Shown here one piece after another: positions 1 through 6,967 of a stretch of 7,088 nt of DNA. Numbering within the stretch: position 1 is the first letter of the stretch; the number at the start of each line of letters is the position of its first letter. Under the pieces are notes generated by a model. It saw only the letters and a list, made by a program, of their open reading frames with translations. It ran no database searches and had not been told where the DNA came from. The translations under genes and the position numbers were made by a program. This DNA is from Fastidiosibacter lacustris (GTDB lineage Bacteria > Pseudomonadota > Gammaproteobacteria > Francisellales > Francisellaceae). The stretch covers positions 1-7,088 of the forward strand of contig NZ_QLIR01000033.1 in assembly GCF_003428155.1 (NCBI RefSeq), written 5' to 3'.

Positions 1-1595
1 GATACTTGAGTATCGTCAAGTATGTATCTAATCCTTTCATCAGGATAACTGGGGTCAATCGGCACATAGGCAGCCCCTGATTTTAAAATTCCCAAGATGC
101 CTATAATTATTTCTAAGCTTTTATCTAGACATAAAGCAATCAAGGTATCTGGTTTAATTTCAGTAAGTGATCGCAAGTATTTTGCCAGTTGATTGGCTTT
201 GGCATTGAGTTCAGCATACGTTAATTGTTGATCTTCAAATACCACGGCAACGTTATTTGGTGCCTTTTCAACTTGTTCTTCAAATAATTGATAAATGGTT
301 TTACCTTTTGGATAGGGTTTATCGGTTTTGTTCCAGTCGTATAGTAGTTTTTTTTTTTGATCAATTGACATTAATTCATATTCAGATAACTTTCTATATA
401 TGTTGGTTAATACTTCATTGACTAGATTTTTAAAATATTCAATAAAGTAACTAGGGATATAGTTTTGGTTATAACTTATCTCGTAACTGTTAGATATGCT
501 TTCGTATGAAAATAATAGCGTTAGAGGTTGTCCATAATACGTCCCTGAGTTTGAGCAAACAAAATCATTAATATTAATTTTTGGAGAAGTCATACATGCT
601 TCTACTAAAGTAATGTTAGGATGAAAACCATGATGTAAATCTTTTCGTATTTCCTCAAAAGCAATCGTCTGATATTCTCTGTCTATCTTATACTGAGCCT
701 TTATTTTCTCAAGCAATTCCGCAAATGTCATTTCTCCAGATAATTGAATCCGCATGGGAAACATACTGACAAAATAACCGACGATATTACTAAATTCACT
801 CGGGCGTATGTTTTTGGGATAAGACAACATAATGTCTGTCAGGTGAAAGCATCTATAAATAAAGGTACTGATTAAGGCATTAAAAAAGATAAACGGCGTT
901 GTTTTGTGTGCCTTTAAAAACCTTCTTAAGGCTTTGGGGTCAATATCAATGCGTTTACGCTCAACTTTACCCGTATCATCATCGGTATACTTAGCCAGAT
1001 CATTTTGCTGAGCACCTTGAAGATAGTGCTGCCAGTAATCAATGGTTTCCTGTTTTTTTTCAGCGATGATGTTTTCTTCATACTGTAAATAACTTGCCAA
1101 TGGATAAGTTTTGAATTGATGAATTGCTTCCAACCCTTCGTTATAAAGCTTTTCAAATACTTGACTAAAGATTGTCGTGGTCAGTCCATCTGAAATAATA
1201 TGATGCCAGACAAACTGAAAATAATACTGGTCATGATCTGTTTTAATCAGTATGGCTCTAAATAGCCAGTCCTTTTCAAGATCAAAAGGCTTGGCTCTTA
1301 ATTGTTCAAGTGCAGCAAGAATTTGATCTTGAGTAAAATGGTATAATTCCTGATAAATCACCTCTCCATCAAAGCGATCAAGAATGATTTGATTTGCGTC
1401 CCCTTCTGTTTCAATAAACCGTGTTTTAAAAGCTTCAAAATAATTACCAATTGTTTGATATATTGCTGCAAATTTATTTTTATCTAAATTACCCTGAACT
1501 TGATATGAAATCGCAATATTATAATTATCCGCGTAAGGATTAAGTTTGTAAGCATACCACAGTTCTTCCTGTTGCTTTGTTAATTTAAGAGTCAT
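1..1595 (-). CDS. Non-ribosomal peptide synthetase, N-terminal part (condensation domain followed by start of adenylation domain); 3' end truncated by the window edge
   Basis: Manual minus-strand translation is open from ATG at 1595 (MTLKLTKQQEELWYAYKLNPYADNYNIAISYQ...) to position 1 without a stop. Contains condensation motif HHIISDG (1185..1205) and adenylation-type sequence LTYAELNAKANQLAKYLR ... LKSGAAYVPIDPSYPDERIRYILDD. Shine-Dalgarno-like GGGAGGG lies just upstream of the ATG. Confidence 0.95.
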   Translation of the reverse strand, partial: MTLKLTKQQEELWYAYKLNPYADNYNIAISYQVQGNLDKNKFAAIYQTIGNYFEAFKTRFIETEGDANQIILDRFDGEVIYQELYHFTQDQILAALEQLRAKPFDLEKDWLFRAILIKTDHDQYYFQFVWHHIISDGLTTTIFSQVFEKLYNEGLEAIHQFKTYPLASYLQYEENIIAEKKQETIDYWQHYLQGAQQNDLAKYTDDDTGKVERKRIDIDPKALRRFLKAHKTTPFIFFNALISTFIYRCFHLTDIMLSYPKNIRPSEFSNIVGYFVSMFPMRIQLSGEMTFAELLEKIKAQYKIDREYQTIAFEEIRKDLHHGFHPNITLVEACMTSPKININDFVCSNSGTYYGQPLTLLFSYESISNSYEISYNQNYIPSYFIEYFKNLVNEVLTNIYRKLSEYELMSIDQKKKLLYDWNKTDKPYPKGKTIYQLFEEQVEKAPNNVAVVFEDQQLTYAELNAKANQLAKYLRSLTEIKPDTLIALCLDKSLEIIIGILGILKSGAAYVPIDPSYPDERIRYILDDTQV

Positions 1596-1666
1596 TTCTA
1601 TCCCTCCCATTTTTGACTATAAATTTTATGTATATAATAGAGCAAAATAAGATCAGAAGCTCAACA

Positions 1667-1685
1667 CTACTTGTAACAAGTAGTT
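1667..1685. promoter_or_regulatory. Perfect 8-bp dyad ACTACTTG-TAA-CAAGTAGT upstream of the NRPS gene, adjacent to a possible minus-strand promoter (TTGAGC 1665..1660, TATTAT 1640..1635)
   Basis: Read directly; the 8-bp arms are exact reverse complements. The promoter elements are a by-eye match with 19-bp spacing, so weak. Confidence 0.4.
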
Positions 1686-1788
1686 TTATTTGATGTATTC
1701 AATCCGTTTCAAAGTACAAAAAACATCAATTTGATGAATAAAAATCAGTTGCATTATATTTAAACTCGGGGAATATGGCGATTCTCTT

Positions 1789-1901
1789 CTATTTGTTAGC
1801 GCCAGCAATAAAATGACCCTCAGCCAGAATTATTCTGCAAATCAACCAACATTATTTTGCAAATAGAATTTTAGAACCAGAATTATTCTACAAATGGATT
1901 T
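1789..1901 (+). repeat. Left copy of ~113-bp inverted repeat flanking the TA module
   Basis: CTATTTGTTAGCGCCAGCAATAAAATGACCCTCAGCCAGAATTATTCTGCAAATCAACCAACATTATTTTGCAAATAGAATTTTAGAACCAGAATTATTCTACAAATGGATTT aligns gaplessly to the reverse complement of 2788..2900 with 6 mismatches counted. Confidence 0.95.
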
Positions 1902-2013
1902 GATTTTATGGTAATAAAAACGATCATTTATTTTGTTTTCTTTTACTCAATAAAATTCACTGATAATTTAGTCATAAATCAATTAAGATAAGTCAACAAA
2001 AATACATTTTCGT

Positions 2014-2328
2014 TTAAGCTTGCATGAAATTGATATGCCCTAATCCAGTTTGAGCTGGATGAACTGTTATTTCAATATCTTGCCCAAGCTTTAAGAGCAT
2101 ACCGAATAATCTATCAATGCTGAATCTGTCACAGTGACCATTGATAATTTTTGAAATATCACCCTGGTTAACACCGGTAATTTCTTCAGCTTCTCGTTGT
2201 CTAAGTTTTTTCTCTTTAATTACAATTGATATTTGCCGTGCTAGTGCTGATTTAGCTTGTAACTCATCGGCATTTTCAAACCCAAGGTCACTAAATACAT
2301 TACCCGAACTTTCTGTTATTTTGAGCAT
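2014..2328 (-). CDS. Type II TA antitoxin, XRE-family HTH, HigA-like (COG5606-type)
   Basis: 104 aa; HTH region LRQREAEEITGVNQGDISKIINGHCDRFSIDRLFGMLLKLGQDIEI; begins 1 nt after the upstream toxin ORF ends, so probably cotranscribed. Confidence 0.88.
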   Translation of the reverse strand: MLKITESSGNVFSDLGFENADELQAKSALARQISIVIKEKKLRQREAEEITGVNQGDISKIINGHCDRFSIDRLFGMLLKLGQDIEITVHPAQTGLGHINFMQA

Positions 2329-2329
2329 G

Positions 2330-2689
2330 TTACTTCTCCTGCATATTTAAAATTTCTTTTAACCGTTTCTTTATCAGGTCTATATCAGTTTTTGGCGTGC
2401 TAATGCCAGTTTTAGATTTTTTCTGAAAGCAATGCAATACGTATATAGCATCTTTCAATTTCACCGTATATACCGCTCTATAAGTATTCCCATCATAGTC
2501 CTCTACAACTTCAAGTGTAGATGCACCTTTAAAGTCACTGCCCTTTAAAGGCTTTGCTTTATCATGTTTTGTCCCTCTTTGAGCAAAATCTAACGCAAAG
2601 CCAAAGGTTCTTTTTACCTCATCTGGAAATTGTTTTAAATCATCTAAGGATGATCCTACCCACTTAAGTGGTTTTAATAGATTTGACAT
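2330..2689 (-). CDS. Type II TA toxin, RelE/HigB-like, phage-derived Gp49-like (COG4679/DUF891-type)
   Basis: 119 aa; AVYTVKLKDAIYVLHCFQKKSKTGISTPKTDIDLIKKRLKEIL is the recognisable C-terminal signature of this toxin family; paired toxin-first with the XRE antitoxin. Confidence 0.88.
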   Translation of the reverse strand: MSNLLKPLKWVGSSLDDLKQFPDEVKRTFGFALDFAQRGTKHDKAKPLKGSDFKGASTLEVVEDYDGNTYRAVYTVKLKDAIYVLHCFQKKSKTGISTPKTDIDLIKKRLKEILNMQEK

Positions 2690-2706
2690 AAAGGTATCTA
2701 TCGTTA

Positions 2707-2732
2707 TTTTTATGGTAATTATACCATAAAAA
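2707..2732 (-). promoter_or_regulatory. TA operon promoter/operator: 11-bp-arm palindrome TTTTTATGGTA-ATTA-TACCATAAAAA overlapping an extended -10 (TGGTATAAT on minus strand)
   Basis: Arms are exact reverse complements. Minus-strand TATAAT at 2723..2718 is preceded by TGG, with the toxin ATG at 2689. Confidence 0.7.
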
Positions 2733-2787
2733 ATTAAAAGTGAAAGAAACTATAGCTGGGTTTTCATTGAAGTTATCAAATATTCAA

Positions 2788-2900
2788 AAATCCATTTGCA
2801 GAATAATTTTGGTTCTAAAATTCTATTTGCAAAATAATGTTGGTTGATTTGCAGAATAATTCTGGCTGAGCGTCATTTTATTGCTAGCGCGCACAAATAG
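2788..2900 (-). repeat. Right copy of ~113-bp inverted repeat flanking the TA module
   Basis: Reverse complement matches 1789..1901 with 6 mismatches; the stretch equivalent to CTCAGCCAGAATTATTCTGCAAATCAACCAACATTATTTTGCAAATAGAATTTTAGAACCA is identical. Confidence 0.95.
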
Positions 2901-2947
2901 GAAAAATAGACGTGGATAAAGATTAAATGGAGAACAAAAAAAGCACA

Positions 2948-2967
2948 AGAAAAACGAGGGTTTTTCT
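2948..2967 (-). terminator. AT-rich hairpin AGAAAAAC-GAGG-GTTTTTCT downstream of the rep-like gene; possible weak terminator
   Basis: 8-bp perfect arms with a 4-nt loop, located 3' of the minus-strand gene 3104..4459. Confidence 0.3.
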
Positions 2968-3000
2968 GACACTTTAGGCGCATCGGATAAAATCATTTAA

Positions 3001-3115
3001 TGTGGTCCAAGTAAAATATATTTGCGCGTCAAGATTCTACAGTCGCATTTAAAGTGATCCAAGCCAAAATTATAGTCGCAAATAATTTGGTCCAAAATTT
3101 ACATTAGCAATACCC
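3001..3115. repeat. Degenerate direct-repeat cluster (units beginning GGTCCAAG / CGTCAAG / GATCCAAG / GGTCCAAA at about 3004, 3027, 3056, 3089)
   Basis: By-eye alignment: tGGTCCAAGtaaaata..TTTGCG; gcGTCAAGattctacaGTCGCAtttaa; tGATCCAAGccaaaattataGTCGCAAATAA; tGGTCCAAaatttacattaGCAATA. Spacing is irregular (23, 29, 33 bp). Confidence 0.45.
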
Positions 3116-4459
3116 ATATGGTTTAGAATATTGTCTATTTCCAGTATTACACAATATTTTTTTAATAATACTAAGACAATGCTTAAAACCTTTCCCTTGA
3201 AAATGAAATTCTGGATTGGATATTTGATACTCAATCCAAGCATAAACCTCATTTATACTTCCGATAACAGCCTTACCTGTCAAGGACAGCCATTTGAGTG
3301 ACTGCATTACAGCAATATGTTGTCTTGGTGTCAAATTAGGTTTTCGTATATCCTCTGCTTCAAAGATTGCCTTCTTATATTTCAATCTCCCATCACCATT
3401 AGGGAAAGATGTAGCATCACCATTTGCTCTTAACTGTATTTTAATTGCATCTTCAATCATCTCTACCTGATTATGATATATACTGCTTTCCTGAAGAGAA
3501 ACAAGTACATCGAATAGATCACTGGGATTAATTGAAAATTGTTCTGCGATTGTGATAATAATAGACTCTGTTTGATCAGTCATAAAATCTAAGTTGTGAG
3601 AAAAAACAGGATTAACAGATTTAACAATTTCCGCAACTTCATTTGGAATGATTTTAGACTCTTGTAATTTATTATAATTGTTATCTTCTTTTTTTGTTTT
3701 TCCTTTTATATAAGATTCCGCCAAATTTGCGGAGTCTGATTCCGTAACAGTGGCGGAATCAACATGATGATTTAAGCCAACACCATAAACTTCTTGATTA
3801 TATTCATTTTCCACTATTTCATTATTAAATTCAGAAGGTATAGTTTTGTCAGTCTCACTATTTTGAATAAGATTGTCGCTATCATCACTCATAGATGTAT
3901 TAACTTGGTAATCTTGGCATTGTTCAGATATATCTATATTATGTTGTAACTTAGAAATATTGATGTTTGTTAAATTTTCTATAAATTTTTCAAACCCCTC
4001 ATTGTTAAAACATTGATGCGATACATCTAATGTTTTATTTTGTGATGAATTACCTTTGATATCAACAATATCCTTAGTATATTCTTTTTTAAAATAAGTA
4101 TTGTTCTTTGTTGATTCAGGGTTCTTTAATAAAAGATCTATATTTGACATTATTGAGGTGAATTTTTCAGTGATGTAAATTTTTGTTCTTACTGCGCCAT
4201 CGTAGCACTTAATACGGACTCGATCAATCCATCCATCTTTATCCAGATCTGATAATGCTCTTTCGCAGGTTCTTTCTTTGAAACCAGTTTCCTCTGATAT
4301 ATACCTAATATTAGGTAATAAGAAGAATGGGTTTCCATTATCATCATAATACTTAGTACCCTGGACTCTGAAATATAGTAAATCTGCTATTTCAGCGTGG
4401 TTGTGATTTCCTATTTGTTCTCGCAAGATCTTACGACCGGCGTGAAATATTGTAGACAT
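3104..4459 (-). CDS. Putative plasmid replication initiator / N-terminal winged-HTH protein
   Basis: 451 aa from the preferred start MSTIFHAGRK (ATG at 4459, preceded by AAGGA with ~7-nt spacing) rather than the ORF-track start at 4492. N-terminus resembles wHTH initiator/regulators (LPNIRYISEETGFKERTCERALSDLDKDGWIDRVRI). Hydrophilic low-complexity middle, structured C-terminus, directly downstream of parAB. Confidence 0.55.
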   Translation of the reverse strand: MSTIFHAGRKILREQIGNHNHAEIADLLYFRVQGTKYYDDNGNPFFLLPNIRYISEETGFKERTCERALSDLDKDGWIDRVRIKCYDGAVRTKIYITEKFTSIMSNIDLLLKNPESTKNNTYFKKEYTKDIVDIKGNSSQNKTLDVSHQCFNNEGFEKFIENLTNINISKLQHNIDISEQCQDYQVNTSMSDDSDNLIQNSETDKTIPSEFNNEIVENEYNQEVYGVGLNHHVDSATVTESDSANLAESYIKGKTKKEDNNYNKLQESKIIPNEVAEIVKSVNPVFSHNLDFMTDQTESIIITIAEQFSINPSDLFDVLVSLQESSIYHNQVEMIEDAIKIQLRANGDATSFPNGDGRLKYKKAIFEAEDIRKPNLTPRQHIAVMQSLKWLSLTGKAVIGSINEVYAWIEYQISNPEFHFQGKGFKHCLSIIKKILCNTGNRQYSKPYGYC

Positions 4460-4562
4460 AGTACATTCCTTATTTAAAAAAAAGTCTTGCAAACAGGAAC
4501 CCTATATACTACAATTCATTTGTGATGTGAGTTGAGAAGTCTTTTTAGGTTCCTTAACTTGT

Positions 4563-4592
4563 AAAAAGCCCTGGTTTTAACTGGGGCTTTTT
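4563..4592 (-). terminator. Rho-independent terminator-like hairpin AAAAAGCCC...GGGCTTTTT after parB
   Basis: On the minus strand: AAAAAGCCCCAGTTAAAACCAGGGCTTTTT, a GC-rich stem followed by a T run, between the parB stop and the rep-like gene. Symmetric enough to work in either direction. Confidence 0.75.
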
Positions 4593-4597
4593 ATTTT

Positions 4598-4613
4598 GTC
4601 CGCCCAGGCGGAC
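4598..4613. repeat. 16-bp palindrome GTCCGCC-CA-GGCGGAC immediately after the parB stop
   Basis: 7-bp perfect GC-rich arms with a 2-nt centre in otherwise AT-rich sequence, 1 nt from the parB stop (4615). Confidence 0.7.
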
Positions 4614-4614
4614 T

Positions 4615-5574
4615 TCATTTGATTTTATTTAATTCATTTTCAATTAACTCCATTATTTGTTTGTTAATAACATCATTATTTATGCTGTTATTAGATAGCA
4701 AAGTCGAAATATCTTTTGGGAAATGTATAGATGTTAAATTATTGTTATCCTTTCTCCATGTAAATATATGCCTTCCATTCTTGGAAATAATTTTATTAGC
4801 ATCTGGTTTAGGGCTATTGTTATTGCTGATATAGTTATTTACAATTTCAGTTAATTTATTATGTCCAAGAGATCCAGATCGAATGAGGGTCGCTTTCGAG
4901 ATTATTACTTGACAATGTTCATCACCTCTTTGAGCTAATCGTTTGATTGTCTCTGCAGTTCTGCATGATACTTTTGACATATCACCAATAGCTGAAATTA
5001 TTTCTTCTGGGATTTTTGAATAGGATAGTAAAGATGATACATATTGTTTGCTTTTTCCTAATTTCTCTGTTAAATCATTTTGCGTGATAATTTTATTATC
5101 AATTAATTTCGCATAGCTTATTCCCTTAGCATAATCTGATAGATCCTTTCTGTTGTCGTTTTCAGCAGCTTGGGCTAATGCAGACTCAGCATCGTTTATT
5201 TCTTTGATTATTACTTTTAATTTAATTCCTGCTGCTATCGCAGCCCGCCATCTTCTTTCACCAATAATTAGTTCATATTTATATTTATTTCCAACCTCAG
5301 TCGGTCTGACAATACATGGCTGTTGTTGCCCTATAGATAAGAACTCATCAGCTAATGACTTTATATCTCCGAGTTCATTTTCAGGTCTATCATGATATAT
5401 CCAGTTAACAATATCGTTGGGGTCTATTAATGTGACTTCTTCAACAACTTCATTTTCAAGCCATGTTCTACGCTTATTTTTTACCGCCTCATGCTCGTGA
5501 GATGATCCTTGTGATAATTTTATCTGTTCCGTGGTTATATTGAATTTCTGTGCAATCTTATTTAAATCAGCCAT
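4615..5574 (-). CDS. parB: Plasmid partition protein ParB (ParB/Srx CTPase domain and HTH)
   Basis: Contains IGERRWRAAIAAG and AAENDNRKDLSDYAKG with downstream HTH (ITQNDLTEKLGKSKQYVSSLLSYSKIPEEI). Preferred start MADLNK at 5574, preceded by AAAGGAG; the ORF-track start at 5655 overlaps the parA 3' end without a better RBS. Confidence 0.93.
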   Translation of the reverse strand: MADLNKIAQKFNITTEQIKLSQGSSHEHEAVKNKRRTWLENEVVEEVTLIDPNDIVNWIYHDRPENELGDIKSLADEFLSIGQQQPCIVRPTEVGNKYKYELIIGERRWRAAIAAGIKLKVIIKEINDAESALAQAAENDNRKDLSDYAKGISYAKLIDNKIITQNDLTEKLGKSKQYVSSLLSYSKIPEEIISAIGDMSKVSCRTAETIKRLAQRGDEHCQVIISKATLIRSGSLGHNKLTEIVNNYISNNNSPKPDANKIISKNGRHIFTWRKDNNNLTSIHFPKDISTLLSNNSINNDVINKQIMELIENELNKIK

Positions 5575-5587
5575 TATAAGACTCCTT

Positions 5588-6586
5588 TTAATTATATATA
5601 TATTGGAGTAATTCTTGGTAATCATCTGTTGCATTATTACTTTTGCCAGATGCAAATATGTTCTGACATGACATAATACTTTTGGGAATTTCTGATGAAT
5701 ATCTAATAATAACTGGGCATAAATAATTTTTGATTACTTCATCAGACATGGCTGCTTTCAATGCTTCGCCTGATGTTGAGACTCTCCTGTCTAGGGCTGA
5801 AAAGAAGCAATTTATTTTTACTTTATTAGTGTCAAAAGAATATGTATCTACTAATTCATTAATCTCATTAATAATATACTTTGCACCTTGTATAGCAAAC
5901 TCATCGGATCTAATTGGAATTAGTACATTACATAATATATCATCATCCATCTGATACAAAGCTGATATGGATGATGCAAACAAATTAGATAACTGTGGTG
6001 TATGATCTTGAAATATTTTTGTGTTTCTTCCGAGAGTTTGGAAAATATCACTGTATAAATTTTTCATTGCACGTTTTATATCAGAAGGCTTATTTAATGC
6101 TTTATCTAAAAAAGCAGAATTTAAATTACTTTTTATAAAATATACATTGTTACCTATATCATTTAATATTTGATTAATAGAAGCTTTATTCTCAATATAA
6201 TCAATTAATATATATTCATTATCGTCAGCTCTTTGTCCGCAAACTATATGTGTAAAACTCGCTTGTGAATCGCCATCAATCAATACAATAGGGTCAGTTG
6301 TTGATGAGCTTACACGTCTCAATGCAGCAGACAAACTATATACTGATGAGGTTTTTCCTACACCACCACACAAGTTGGCAGACAATGTTATTGATGGCTT
6401 ATGAAATTTATATGAGCTTTGCTTTCGTAAAAATAAACTGGCTTCATTTGATGAGATGCCAGTAATTCTGTTATTTGAATGCGTTATTCCTGTGTCTAGA
6501 GCTTTAAAATACTTACTAATTGCAGGTTTTGATAATTTAACATATCGTTGCAACTCTGTTATTTTAATTTCACTAACCTTAAACAT
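5588..6586 (-). CDS. parA: Plasmid partition ATPase ParA with N-terminal HTH
   Basis: ANLCGGVGKTSSVYSLSAALRR (P-loop), PIVLIDGDSQASFTHIV (Walker A'/B-like segment), N-terminal ITELQRYVKLSKPAISKYFKALDTGI HTH; directly upstream of parB. ATG preceded by AAGGA. Confidence 0.92.
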   Translation of the reverse strand: MFKVSEIKITELQRYVKLSKPAISKYFKALDTGITHSNNRITGISSNEASLFLRKQSSYKFHKPSITLSANLCGGVGKTSSVYSLSAALRRVSSSTTDPIVLIDGDSQASFTHIVCGQRADDNEYILIDYIENKASINQILNDIGNNVYFIKSNLNSAFLDKALNKPSDIKRAMKNLYSDIFQTLGRNTKIFQDHTPQLSNLFASSISALYQMDDDILCNVLIPIRSDEFAIQGAKYIINEINELVDTYSFDTNKVKINCFFSALDRRVSTSGEALKAAMSDEVIKNYLCPVIIRYSSEIPKSIMSCQNIFASGKSNNATDDYQELLQYIYN

Positions 6587-6607
6587 ATAATTGTCCTTAT
6601 TCTGTTA

Positions 6608-6647
6608 GGTTAACATTGTTTAATTATATAATATATATATGTTAACC
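6608..6647. promoter_or_regulatory. Inverted repeat GGTTAACAT (6608..6616) / ATGTTAACC (6639..6647) upstream of parA; candidate ParA/ParB operator or centromere overlapping an AT-rich promoter
   Basis: Perfect 9-bp arms around TATATAATATATATAT-type DNA. Minus-strand TTGAGC then 17 nt then TATTAT fits a sigma-70-like promoter spanning the repeat. Confidence 0.6.
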
Positions 6648-6688
6648 AATGCTCAATAGTAGTTATTGATTTTTTATATTCTTTATTT

Positions 6689-6967
6689 TTATTCCCATAA
6701 TACAAAAGCCATTAATACGTGATCACTCAATAAACCATGCCTATCCTGTGGATTAAAAATTTGAGGTACAAATTTATTTAATGATTTATAACCACCGGAA
6801 GATATCAGTATTGGATTTATAGGAGCATCATCATATTGAGTGTTTATTATAAATGTGAAAGTTAAGGTGTCAGGCAGTAAATAATGCGCTAAATCTATAA
6901 ATTTAAGTGTAATTAATAGCATCCATAAGCAGTAAAATATGGCGCTTATAAATAGAGTTCTTTCCAA
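6689..6967 (-). pseudogene. Probable chimeric remnant ORF with a prepilin-peptidase (PilD/TadV-like) motif fragment
   Basis: WMLLITLKFIDLAHYLLPDTLT resembles the first catalytic-Asp region of type IV prepilin peptidases. The rest of that family (CxxC zinc region, GxGDxK motif) is absent, and the 5' end abuts the putative IS end. Confidence 0.45.

Noticed and set aside
926-1156. 76-aa minus-strand ORF from the track
   Set aside because: Lies in a different frame entirely within the long NRPS coding frame, which carries clear condensation-domain motifs.
2141-2350. 69-aa plus-strand ORF
   Set aside because: Antisense to the antitoxin gene with no recognisable motif; typical shadow ORF.
1789-2900. 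Classical IS or XerCD dif-type (pdif) module as the explanation of the inverted repeats
   Set aside because: No transposase lies between the arms, and I could not match a convincing 11-6-11 dif-like core by eye, so neither is asserted; both remain to be tested by search.
3001-3115. Possible CRISPR array
   Set aside because: Repeat units are degenerate and irregularly spaced with no conserved repeat/unique spacer pattern and no cas genes in the window; iteron-like or relic repeats fit better.
3070-3252. 60-aa minus-strand ORF
   Set aside because: Overlaps the 3' end of the rep-like gene in another frame and runs into the repeat cluster; no domain signal.
4619-4834. 71-aa plus-strand ORF
   Set aside because: Antisense to parB; its hydrophobic low-complexity sequence is a by-product of the opposite strand.
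5153-5395. 80-aa plus-strand ORF
   Set aside because: Antisense to the conserved ParB CTPase region.
5730-5954. 74-aa plus-strand ORF
   Set aside because: Antisense to parA with no independent support.
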